Shown: piece after piece, positions 51,699-63,538 of the stretch | Layout of the letters: every line of letters begins with the position of its first letter | Numbering within the stretch: position 1 is the stretch's first letter | NCBI GenBank assembly: GCA_026770705.1 | Contig: JANJGN010000152.1 | Span: forward strand, 496,001 to 560,000 | From: Isurus oxyrinchus | Taxonomy: Eukaryota | Direction of reading: 5' to 3' | Length of the DNA stretch: 64,000 nucleotides | Notes under the pieces: generated by a model | Seen by the model: the letters and a program-made list of their open reading frames with translations, nothing else | What the model was told of the DNA's origin: nothing | Databases searched by the model: none | Translations under genes and position numbers: made by a program

Positions 51699-54333
51699 TC
51701 ACCAATTAAATGAAGCAGTGAAGGTGGCGGAAGGGCACTTCAGCATATTCTTCAACTGCTCGCCGAACTTGGTCTGGGTCACTGCATAGATGAAAACATT
51801 GGTGCAGGAGCTGAGAAGCTGGAGCATGTTGGTTGTCTCTTGAAGGATGAATTGCGGGTCATTGAAATCAAGGCCAGTGAAATATGCCTCACCTGTAACC
51901 TGCACTTGGAGGAAATGTCCGACATAGGTGACCCACAGGAGGAGAAAGTTGAGGGAGATGGCGAAGAGCAGCACAATGGACCTTTTACGGTTGTCCATCT
52001 CTGGATCTCTGTGACTCTCGGCACCCCGGAGCCTCCTGTGAGCTCTGCTGGCCGCTAAAATGTGCCTTACGGTCAGTGCATTGAGCAGCAGAATGAGGAG
52101 GAACGGGAGGAAGGGGGTTAAGATGCGGTCAAGCCACTCATAGATCTGCCAGATGGGCAATGTGTAATAGATGGACTTGATGTTGCAGAACTAGGGCACC
52201 CCGTCCAGAATATACAAGGGCTGGTAGCTGAAGTAGAAAGGGACGCTCTTGACACAGCTCAGGGCACTGACCAGTCCTATAACCAGTGACGCAGTTTTCT
52301 CAGTGCAGTATCTGGCCTTCAGGCTCTGACAGCAGATGGCCACGAAACGGTCGATGGTGAAGGTGACCATCAGCCAGACTGAGCCATCTCGTGTGGCATA
52401 GACGAGCATGGTGCTGACAGCGCACCCTGGGGTGGTGAAGAGGACATTCTCACGAAAGTAGATGCCACTGATCCAGTTCAATGTGACAGCGGTGATGATG
52501 ACCAGGAAATCTGTCACCACTATCACCACCAGGTAATAGGTGATGCATTGGGAGAGCCCGCACCGGCCACGGGATAAGATTATGATCGCCACCATGTTGA
52601 CTGTGAGGGAGGAAAAGAGAGATATGTTACCGAGCGAACTCCAAACACCAGCTGCTGCCTCATGCAACTTGTTAATAAAAAACCGTCCTCACCCGTGCCT
52701 GTGCCACCTCCTGACTCCAACCATTCCAAAGCCGTAACTGCTTGTTTGGCATCCAATTCTGGATAAGTGCATATTTGATTCAGTTAAACATTTGAGAGTC
52801 AGAAGACATTGCCTTCAATCCCCAATAAAAACTTTGTTCTCTCACCACTGAGTCCATCCTCCGAGGCTTGAGGCCCTTTACAATCTTGGCGACCTGTTTG
52901 AGCCAGAGCTGTGCTTCCAAACATCCTCCGCCCTATGATGATCATCCTGCACCAAGACTGGTCACTTCCACATTTCTAATATCGACCATAATATCACACA
53001 TCCCAAAAGCTGCCTTCGGTTAGCAGCTGCTCAAGGTTTCCCCATACATTTGTAGCATCTAGATGCCAACAATTGGAATAGTCTCTTGGCGTTCTCCCAC
53101 TTTAGGTCATCAGTGATCTTAAGCTCATCTGAAGCACTTGGTGGGGATATTCCTATTCACAGGAAGTCCCAGTCATCCACCAGCCCTGTGTTCGCCCACT
53201 TACATTGGCTCCCAGCCTGGCAACACCTTGAATTTAGTATCCTCATCCTTGCTTTCAAATCCACCCATAACCTCGCCATTACTTACTCCAGTAACCCTCT
53301 AAAATCGTTTTGCTCACAGCCAATATCTACAATCTTGTGTACCCCATAAAATTAAATGTTCCACTGGCGGCGAAGTTGCCTTTTGCTGCCGTGGCCTTAA
53401 TGTCTGGATATCACTCCCTCAAATCCTTCACCTTTCTTTCTTTCTACCAGACGATTCTCAAATCCTACTCATTTGATGAAGCTTTTGGTTATCGGTCCTC
53501 ATTTCTCCTTATGTAGTTGATATCAAATTTTGTTTGTTAAATCTGCTGCGAAGCACCTTACCTCACCACACGGTCTGCAGTGGTTGAAGTAAAAAGCTCA
53601 ACTCTAACTTCTCAAGTGGAAACGAGCGATGGGCAATAAATTTTGACCTTGCCAACGACAGTAATAAATAAATATTATATTCTACTGCATAATAATAAAT
53701 GAAAAATAATACTTCCTTCCAGAGGTGGCACTGCTGATTCCTGCAATTAATGAGTGTACATTTGATATCACAATGCATCTAATGTAATTATTGCACTGTA
53801 AAGAATCAGTATAAATCATTGTAATAAAATAAATGCGCGACAATGATGTTTAATACTCTGTGATATGCCATTGTTCCATACAATGTTAAAAACGCTATAA
53901 TGCATTTTATTACATTGGAATGAAAGCTAATGTTTAACAATGTAACGTAATACTGTCCATACATTTTCATACATTATACTTCATAATTCAGCAACCCAAC
54001 AGACGCTGTTTCTATAAACTTGCACCATAGATCATTGAATAATATCTTGCGCTGCTACATCATGCAAGTGGAATTCATAAACTATAAGTCACCGTAATGC
54101 AGTACAATATCATATACTGCAGCTCTATACAGAAATACAGTTCACGTTCCTTAAACTCAAACAGCGCTGAATATTAAAAAAAAGCCCCTTCCCGAAATCT
54201 AAGGCACAAGTGTTCTGGCGACTTAAAAGAAAGTAAATAATTAATTTGGAGTCTATAACTTACCCGGGACACTAATAACAGCGAGAACAGAATAGTAAAT
54301 AGCATAGACAGGTCCATTTGCTGGCCCGTGCAT
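51699..54333 (-). pseudogene. Two-exon GPR139/GPR142-like GPCR with one premature stop
   Basis: Exon 1 54264-54333 MHGPANGPVYAIYYSVLAVISVP G|GTAAGT; exon 2 51699-52600 (cacag|TC AAC ATG) with seven TM segments and TIDRFVAIC; only visible lesion is TAG at 52191-52193 where the paralog has TGG. Confidence 0.9.
53000..53560 (+). mobile_element. L2-like LINE 3' fragment in the GPCR intron
   Basis: SPVFAHLHWLPAWQHLEFSILILAFKS. Confidence 0.7.
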
Positions 54334-54814
54334 CTCCTTTCACAAACTAAGGGAATTCTGCAAGCTGTGAACCTTAGCTCTGAGACGCTTTCAACTTATA
54401 CTGGCTGAAACTCTCAAAGGGACAATTAGTTTAGAACATGCACCTTAGTTACAGTTCAGTGAACAAACAGAAGGACTCACGGTTTCATGCCTTCCATTTG
54501 TAACATCGGCCAGGTGGATGGTTCCATATCTTTTTGGGCGGTGTGCTGGTTGCCAATTCTGCGGCACAACTACCTCTCCTTCCCGCCAAACCATTTCTTG
54601 GAGTCCTCATTAAGCAGCCAATAATTGTCGACATGGTCCACAGACCCGATCTCTAAGCTAAAACTATTTCTTCCCATCTCTACTATGTTCCCAAAAAGTT
54701 TGTGTTTTTAAGAGTCAGGTTAGATCGTGTGTTTGATTGATTGGTAAGTATTTTAGTTCTTAATCATTTAGTGCAATCAAATCATTAAATTGACTCATCG
54801 CTGAACAATTTTAG

Positions 54815-55612
54815 AGAGACTGCCCTTGATATCAAGGCAGCATTTGCCAGAGTGTGGCAACAAGGAGCCCAAGCAAAACTGGAATCAGTGGGCATCAGGG
54901 GAAAAAGTCTCCGAAGGTTGGAGTCATACTTAGCACAAAGGAAGGTGGTTGTGGCTGTTGCAGGTAAGTCATCACAGCTCCAGGACAGTACTGCAGGTGT
55001 TCCTCAGGGTAGTGGCCTAGGCCCAACCATCTTCAGCAGCTTCATAAATTACCTTCCTTTCATCATAAGGTAAGAAGTGGGGTTCTGTTGAAGGGTCATG
55101 AGGACTCGAAACGTCAACTCTTTTCTTCTCCGCCAATGCTGCCAAACCTGCTGAGTTTTTCCAGGTAATTCTGTTTTTGAAGTGGGGATATTGGCTGATG
55201 ATTGCACAATGTTCAGCACCATTCGTGACTCCTCAGATACTGGAGCAGTCCATGTCCAAATGCAGTAATGCCTGGACAATATCCAGGCTTGGGCTGACAA
55301 ATGGCAAATAACAGGCAATGACAATCTCCAACAAGAGAGAATCCAACCATCATCTCCTTAATGTTCAATATCATTACTATCACTGAATCCCCACTATCAA
55401 CATCCTGGGGGGCTACTATTGATCAAAAACTGAGCTGAACTGGCCATACAAATACAGTGGCAACAAGAGCAGGTCAGAGGCTAGGACTTGTGCGATGAGT
55501 AACTCACCTCTGGACTCCCCAAAGCCTGTACACCATCTAAAAGGCACAAGTCAGGAGTGTGATGGAACACTCTTCTCTTGCCTGGATGAATGCAGCTCCC
55601 ACAACACTCAAA
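54815..55612 (+). mobile_element. CR1/L2-group LINE RT fragment with nested SINE (~55080-55180)
   Basis: ALDIKAAFARVWQQG...GVPQGSGLGPTIFS...ADDC. Confidence 0.8.
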
Positions 55613-57889
55613 AAGGACAGGTGGGATGCAGATTTCAGGTTAATATCAGATCATCCATGATCTTATTAAATGGCGCAACATGCTCGAGGAACTGAATGGC
55701 CTACTCCTGCTCCTTTTTGTACGCTCGTATCTTTGAATGGTCCAGTGCAGTCATAACTGAGATAAGGTCATCAGGTCAAGGACAGTGATCACTGAAACAG
55801 GGTAAAGTGGCCATCTCACATTTTAAAGTTGCTCTGCCATTCAGTAATATCGTGGCTGATTTCCAAATTCAACGTCACATTCCCGCACTCTCCCCATATC
55901 CCCTGATCCTGTTAGTATCCAAAAGCCTATCGAATATTGTCTTGCATACACACATGAACACCCACCGCTCTCTGAGTTACAGAATGCCACAGATTCACAA
56001 CAATAGTTCGACTGCAGATCCTTTCTCCTTCTCCGTTCTAGTGGATGACTCTTTATTCTGAAGCTATGATCCCGAGTCAAGTGGCAAGTAAATGCAGAAA
56101 AGTATGATCTGATTCATCTTAGTACTAAAAGTGAAAAGAAGCAATATGAAATTAAGGGTTCAGTTGCAAAGGGGATGTAGGAGTAGAGGAGCCGTTGGGT
56201 CTATGTGCATAAATAATTTAATAGCGCAGGGCAGATTGAGAAAACGGTTACTAAATATACAGCATGCCAGTCTTTATAAATAGGGTATAAAGGATGCAAA
56301 CAAGGGAATTATGACAAATCTGTGCAAAGGACTTGGCCTCAGCTGGAGTATTATGTGTCGTTTTGGCCATCGCACTTTCGGGTGGAAGTGAAGGCATGAG
56401 AGCTGGTGCACAAAAGGCTCATGGGAATGATTCCAATGAAAATTAATGTAAGTTACGTGGATGGTTGGTCTCTGTGGAGAGGGGAAGATTAAGTGGAGAT
56501 TTGATAGATATGTTAGGGATGTGCAAAATGATGCGGGAAATGGACAACATATGTCGGGAAGGATTGAGAATGAAAGGGCTGTGATACAAGGCGATTGGCA
56601 AAAGATGCAACGGTGATGGAAATCTTTTCCCATGGACTGAGTAATTCACATCTGAAATGCACATCCTGAGTGTGTGGTGGCAGCAAGTCCAATCGTGGTT
56701 TTCAATAGGGAATCAGATAATAACCTGAAGAGCAAAGCATTGCGGAGCCAGAGAGAAAAGAAGGATAGTGGGACTGGGAGAGCTGCATTTGAAATGGGCT
56801 AGCACGGACATTATGGGGTGAATGACCTCTATCTGAGATATAATCATGCGACGATTCAGTGATTTAATAATTCTAAACATTTTCTACTTAAGAAACAAAA
56901 AATCCTTAAATAGGAAGGAGGTGAGAAAATGGAAGAACTGAAGGAATGCCTTTAACAGAATAAATGGACAGGAAACACGAAATTTACTCTTTGATGGCAT
57001 GTGGGCGTCGCTAGCAAGGCCAGCGTTTGTTGCCTATCTCTAATTGCCCTTGAATTGAGTGGCTTGCTGGGCCATTTGCGAGGGAGGTTAAGGGTCAACC
57101 ATATTGCAGTGGCTCTGCCCAGCCATTGATTCAATGGTGGAATTGGCCAATCATGGTGCTGTGACTGATGGAAAGTGTTGGGAGGTCGTCGATTCCAAGG
57201 GGCAAACTTCCATCATCTTTGTGAAAAGTGCATTCAACAATGTTTGTGGGTCGTAACATCTACATAAATGCAGCCGGTTATTAATATAGAACGGCCCTAT
57301 TTTAAGAGGGATCACTGTTGAGGTACGCATGTTCTCACCCACTGCAGCGCGGCCCGTGAACACAAAGGGACCTTTCCCAGCTGCGGTAATTGTGGGAGAT
57401 GCTGACCTCCATGGAAAGATAATTGGTGGAGTGAATCCAAACCCAAACTACCCTCAGCTGGGAACTGCCCGGTCTCTTGCGTGTTCCCTCGAGCGGACGG
57501 AATCTCGCAGCCGATTGTAGCCCGAATGCTGGAAATCACAGGAGATGATGAAGGTTTATCAAGTCAAACGAGGAAACGCGGTTTCAACAGCAAAAGGGAA
57601 AGAAACTAATTTGCTGTTATCTGAGGTAAAAGGCAGCAATAAATTCACCCTAGATTACAAATCGGTACATTATGAATTTTTCCAGGAAAAAGGAGATGAG
57701 AATGTGGAATAATTTCATGAACTATGTTTGAAGGCGAATTGGACAGGAGAAGATACCAAGAATTATAAGGAGCGAGAAGGAAATGCAGATTTAATGAGTT
57801 TAATCACTTCATTCTGTACTGTAAAGTTGTAAGAGCCACTGAAAATATATTCATGAACAATATTTGTTCTCCAAATTTCCATGCATTGT

Positions 57890-58270
57890 GTATCTCCATG
57901 TGTCTGCAATCCCACGATGTTCAGGATTTTGTACAGCTCTCTCCGTGCTGTTTCACTATGTGTCTGTAATCACACTATGTTCAGGATTTTGTACAGCTCT
58001 CTCCATGCTCTGTATCACTGTGTGTCTCTCATCCCACCACGTTAAATTTTTGTATAGCTCCCTCCCGTGCTCTGTATCACTGTGTATCTGTAACCCCACC
58101 ATGTTCAGGTTTTTGTACAGCTCTCTCCGTGCTCTGTATCACTGTGTGCCTCTAATCCCATCATGTTAAATTGTTGTACAGCGCCCTCCGTGCTCTGTAT
58201 CACTGTGTGTCTGTATTTCCCACCATGTTCAGGTTTTTGTACAGCTCTCTCTGTGCTCTGTATCACTGTG
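57890..58270 (-). repeat. Tandem 61-63-bp array of at least six 23-type RSSs after the supporting V-delta
   Basis: Plus-strand heptamers start at 58264, 58201, 58140, 58078, 58016 (cactgtg) and 57954 (cactatg); nonamers ggtttttgt 58232 and 58108, aattgttgt 58169, aatttttgt 58045, ggattttgt 57984 and 57924; spacers 23,23,23,24,23,21. Confidence 0.93.
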
Positions 58271-58576
58271 CTCTGCGCCGACTCAGTGCACAGTAATACA
58301 CAGCGGAGTCGCTCAGTTGTAGTTTGGAGATAATTAACCGGCTGATTTTCTTGGCAGAATCGATAGAAGCAGAAATTCTCTCCCCGACAGCATTTTCTTT
58401 ATTCTCCTCTCCTGAAGTGTGTCTCTGATGCAGATATTCCGGAGCCTGTCCTGGGGACTGACGGTACCAGTGTACTGTGTACTGACAGATACCTGAATAT
58501 TCACAGCTTAAAGTAACGGTGTCACCGGCAGCAGAGGTTTGTAAAGGCGGATTCTGGAATATCAGGAGACGGGAAC
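58271..58576 (-). CDS. Open leaderless NAR-TCR-supporting TCR-delta V exon
   Basis: ttcag|GSRLLIFQNPPLQTSAAGDTVTLSCEYSGICQYTVHWYRQSPGQAPEYLHQRHTSGEENKENAVGERISASIDSAKKISRLIISKLQLSDSAVYYCALSRRR; extra CDR1 Cys; consensus RSS; no leader exon seen upstream. Confidence 0.93.
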
Positions 58577-60326
58577 CTGAAGGGTGAAAAATTAACATTT
58601 TGTTTTTGTTTAGCTACTGCTGATATGGGGAATTTGTCAATCGCGCGAACAGCTTTGTGTTTTTTTTTTATCTCGATTTGAAGCCTGTTCGAACGCTGCT
58701 CATTGTTACTGAACTATGATCAACTGGGGAATGAGATGATATTTTCTCTTCCATAGCGAATTCCTCCGATCAGGACTTTACTATCTGAATGGGTTTTGGG
58801 AACAGATTCAGTAGTAACTTTCAAACGGGTGATGTATCTGTTCTGAAGCAGAAAAAATGCAGGAATATGGAGAATATGCATGAGTGGTGGGAACAATTGG
58901 ATTACACTTTTAAAGGGACAGCACTTACACGATGGGCCGGATGTCATCCTTCCGCACTGTATGGTTCTATTATGTATATTAGATGTGTTTTTATTTTCCC
59001 CGCTGAGAGACAACCCCGAGGGAACTTCTTATTAACAGTGAAACAGTCAGTTTCCAAAAACTATTTGTCAGACAGTGACCCAGATATAACGCATCACTGC
59101 GCACAGCAAGATTCAACAGAATGCGATTGCAATTCGGCAGCACCAATCGGGTCAAACAGATAGTGAATATCGATGGTGAAATGACACCCATTAGCTTCAT
59201 TTTAACACTTCTCAGTTGCTTCCATCTGCTCTTGGGTCTATTAGTTTATTTTCTTCGATCAATCTCTGTTTCCCCATTTCTCTTTAATTTGAAATATTTA
59301 TAGTTAGTTTCATTTTATTTTTACATTTATTTTGCACTATTTGTACGTGTTACAATCGTGGGAACTTGTCCCAATCTCTATCATTTGTCGGTTGGGTTCA
59401 GTCTGTTCAGTTTCCGCAGTGGTTTTACTGTTACTCACTGGGAACTGCCTCTTCCGGCTCTCTGGCAATTTCAATTCTTTCTGCCTGTTGACTGATTTTC
59501 TCGGCGTTCTCTGGGCGGAGTTTTCTCTAAGTTTTTCATTGTACTCAATCTGCAGGAGAGAGACCAGCCATTCGGCACAGTGACTTATGTTGTGGGTATA
59601 CTCCATACCAGCCCCCACAACCCAAAATCTAATTGACCATTTCCATCCAGCTCCCTGAGCCGCCCTGTTCCGTTCTCCCTCCTGTATTTTCAGCCTTCCC
59701 ATAAATCCACCAATAATGTCTGCTCCAACCACTCAAAGTGGCATCAAGTTCCACATTCTGATGCGTCTTAGCGCACATTTTTCTTCTTAATATCTTTGTT
59801 CCGTTAGTGACGATCTGATATTAATGTCCTACTGACCTGGACTCATGCACCAATATACAGCTGTAACACATGCACGCCATTAAACCCGTTCATAATTTAA
59901 AAGATTTCTCTGAATTCTCTCCCTGGTTCTATGTTTTCCAGAGAAAGGTGACCCAGCCTGTTCAATCTTTCCAGAGAGATTTGCATTTTTGCTGATTTCT
60001 TTTCTCAGAACTTTAAGAAATCAATGCAAAGAATCTTACAAATAGAAGCAGGAATGGCCATAACAACTTTCAAACCTGCTCGGACGTTCAATAATATCGT
60101 GGCTGATCTTCGACGTAAGCATCACATTCCCATATTCCCAATTTATTTTAATAACCTAACATCTATGGAACACTCCTATTCATCCACTGAGTATCCGCAG
60201 CTCTCTGAGGTATTGAATGCAACAGCTTCAGAACAGTAGCCTCGGGAAATACCCAGCAGTATCTGCTCTGTCAGCCCGTTGAGAATATATGTTCCAATGA
60301 GATCAGCTCACATTCCTTGAAACTAC

Positions 60327-61403
60327 TGTTGCGAAAGTATAATGAGTTTTATAATATTTTTTTTCTGGTTTATTCTGCAGTATGTTAATGGATGTAAGTA
60401 TTGTTGGCTCTGTCTGTGTGATTTTATTGCATTTGGAGTCAAGTATGCAGCAAGCTTGAAATTATCAAAGGAAGCTATTTGTGTGGAAATATGCTTGAAA
60501 TGTTAAGACGTAAATGTGGATGGGGCTTAGCATGTACAGCGTAAAGGGAATTTGGGCTTCAAAGGGATGCTAGGCTGCATAAAATTAGTTAGATAAGAAA
60601 GGCTAAGACGTTCGTGTTAATGTGCTCCTAAGGGAGCTGACAATATTGGCAACATGAAAGTTTTCATATTGTGAGGAAGATGCAGTTTTAAAGATATATA
60701 GGACAATAGAATTTACATGTTAAAGAGAGAGAAACATACATACGGGAGAATGAAAAGTGATGTGAGGAGAGGGCCATGTAAGATCTAACATGAATTCGTG
60801 AAACAACCTTTATGAAGCAGCCAGACATTTTTGCATATGTCTGCTTTGTGATGTTAGTGATGTTGGGGAAGCCATTTGGAATTCCACTGTCAAGTGTGTG
60901 CTACGTTAACTTGCTGGTTCTGTTTTAAATCAAAAATCTATTTGGACTGTTGCCGTTAAGGGGTGTATAACTGGGTGTAAAGTTAATTCAGAATTTTAGG
61001 AGTTGTTATGGTAGTAAATACCTTGTCATCTCATGTATGTGTTTGGAATATTTTATTTTGTGAATAAATCTTCTAATTTAATTTCTTAAAAGTCTCTAAA
61101 TGTCTTGCTGGACTCATTACTTCAGAATCAATGCAAATATCGATTGCAAAACCGTTGTGACAGAGCGATGAAGTTTCCCTTGTGGATTTGACCCGCCTAG
61201 CACACATCACCTGCCATGTGATATCATAACTGGGGGCTCTTTGCGGGATGTTAGAAATTCCTTGATTAGTTCGGAGATGTTCAATCTTAAGGCTACGAGT
61301 GTCAGAAGAACATTGAATCCAGTAATTGGTATGGGGCTTTTAAAGTGGTGAGACTGTAAAAGTGGCTGTATCCATAGCACACATCATCTGACACATCATA
61401 ACA
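60327..61403 (+). mobile_element. Internally deleted LTR element: 5' LTR, tRNA-Pro-like PBS, end of 3' LTR
   Basis: TGTT start at 60327; ...atcataac 61230 followed by TGGGGGCTCtttgcGGGAT; LTR end tagcacacatca...atcataaca repeated at ~61376-61403. Confidence 0.6.
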
Positions 61404-62451
61404 CAAGGGAATGCAGATTGTCATTCCTTCACCTCTTCTCATAGGATAAACCATTTAACTCAGGAAGCTGCCTGATGAAACTTTGTTCACTTCCTTCAAC
61501 ACATATAGATCTTTTCTCGATTATGAATCTTAACCTTTACGCAGCACATAGAGTGGAGTACAGTGCAGTCCTTCCCACACACAATACTTCTACCAATTGG
61601 TTTTAATGCCGAGGAGTACTGATTCATCAGCTCAAGTGGCGGTTCGTACATAGCTGATAAGAAGTAGGAAGTTTGCTTCCTATGTTTGGGCTGGCGCCAT
61701 GAGACGCCTTGCGGTCTGCAGTTAATATTGAGGCTTCCCAAGGCAACTCCCTGCTCACTGTATATCATCGTGCAGCCACTTCTGGGTCTATCCTGCCGGT
61801 AGCACAGGACATGCACAGGGATGGTGATGGTGCTGTATAAGACATTGTACGTTATGATTCCGTGAGCTTGACTCTGCCAGGTTGTTGCTTGACAAACATG
61901 TGGGAAAGCTCTCCCAGTTTTAGCACATACTTCCAGATGTTAGTAAGGAGGACACTTAAAGGATGGACAGGCCTGGGTTTGCCATTCTCATTTCCGAAGC
62001 CTAGGCAGATGGCCGGTGGTATGCCAAGTGATGTGGTCCATGTTCCATCCTTTTCTTTGAGACTTAGTAACCATTTGATACAAATAAGTAGCTTGCTTGG
62101 CCATCATTTCACCAAGCGCTTAAGGATAAACCACAACGCTTTGTGTCTGAAGTCATATGTAGTTTAAACCAGGTAAGAACAGCAGATTTCTTTCCATTAA
62201 GCAGAGTATAGTGCTGGGTAGTTCGAAACAATCGGCAGTAGTTTCATGATCACCATACTAAGAACAACATTTAACTCCTGGTGCTTGGATTCCACCAGCT
62301 GCTGCGGTGGGATATGAACCAGAGTTAGCACACAGAGGATTGACAGGGCTGCTGGGTTACTTGTCTAATGACAGTACCACGAGGCCACCCCTCCCCATGC
62401 AGATTATTTGCCTGGATACTTGGTAACACGTCGCGGTTTTCAATCACTTAC

Positions 62452-62796
62452 CAGCTGTGACAGTCACCTTTGTCCCGGATCCGTCTACAGAACCATCTTT
62501 CCAAACGGAACCACATCCATATTTATACTGAGCTTTGCAGTAATAGGTGGCCGTGTCTTCAACTCTCACATCCCGAATTTCCAGCGAAAAAATCTTTTCT
62601 GCTTTATTTATTGACACAATAAATCTCCCCCCGCTGGATATCCGCTCGTGCTCAGTCCCGGTCTGGGTTTGTCTGAAGAATTGTCCGTCCTCTAAACGAT
62701 GAGAATTACCTTTGAAAGCACAGGTGATGATGAGGGACTGACACTCCTTCCTGGTCACCGCTGCCGGTGTCTGTACCACTGACTGACTGAAAGAGC
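62452..62796 (-). CDS. Pre-joined (V-D-J fused) NAR-TCR variable exon, open frame
   Basis: ccag|SFSQSVVQTPAAVTRKECQSLIITCAFKGNSHRLEDGQFFRQTQTGTEHERISSGGRFIVSINKAEKIFSLEIRDVRVEDTATYYCKAQYKYGCGSVWKDGSVDGSGTKVTVTA G|GTAAGT; no RSS between V and J. Confidence 0.92.
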
Positions 62797-62944
62797 CTGG
62801 AAATTAAACAAAAAGAGTTTAATTGGCCGTCAGAGCCGAACCAAATAACGGGGCTAAAACTCATGACAGTGTTTATAATTGGGATGGACTCGGGCAGCTT
62901 TATCTTAATTCTACACAATATCGGTTTGTTTGATCGGTAGCCAC

Positions 62945-62987
62945 GGGGTAAACAGGTACACAGGGTAAAAACAAATTAAATTCCCAT
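62945..62987 (-). pseudogene. Leader exon of the joined NAR-TCR V, with TAA at codon 4
   Basis: ATG GGA ATT TAA TTT GTT TTT ACC CTG TGT ACC TGT TTA CCC C|GTGGCT versus paralog ATG GGA ATC CAC...C|GTGAGT. Confidence 0.85.
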
Positions 62988-63041
62988 CCTTCTGCTTCCT
63001 GGAGCTGATAGTTTGTATGACGGGGAGCAGGAGATTGCAGC

Positions 63042-63538
63042 AATAAAAACAGAAAATGCTGCAGAAATTCAGCAAGTCTGGCAGCGTCTGTGGAGATTGT
63101 AACAGCGTTAACATTTCCAATCGCTGTGGAGTGGTGTTGTTGCTAGGCTAGTAGTCCAAGGACGCAGGGTAATATCCTGTGGCCCCGCGTACGAGTTTAG
63201 CCACGGCAGATGGTGGAGTTTGAATTGAATAAAAATCTGGAATCAAAAGTCGAATAGGATGACCATACAACCATTGTCGATTGTTGTAAAACCCATCAGG
63301 TTCACTAACAGCTTTTAGGGAAGAAAATCTGCTAATCTTAGCTGGTCTGGCCTACATATGACTCCAGACCCATAGTAATGTTGTTGTCTCTGAAATACGC
63401 GGATAGCCAATAAATGCTGGCCTTGCCAGTAGTGCCCACATCCAAAGAATAAAATAAAAGGTGCTGCCAGAACTGCTGAGTTATTTCCAGCATTTATTGT
63501 TTTTATTTCAGGTTTCCACGGTGTTCTGCTTAAATGTA
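63042..63538. mobile_element. Nested SINE insertion in the promoter region of the joined NAR-TCR V
   Basis: Homology to 9160-9250 breaks at ~63041 and resumes at ~63539; flanks ggagattgcagc / ggagactacagc resemble a target-site duplication. Confidence 0.65.

Noticed and set aside
57890-58270. CRISPR-like array
   Set aside because: The units are near-identical throughout with no unique spacers, the context is vertebrate, and the repeat resolves into RSS heptamer/nonamer.
62452-62987. Processed (retroposed) origin of the joined VDJ
   Set aside because: The leader-V intron, upstream promoter homology and J splice donor are all retained.
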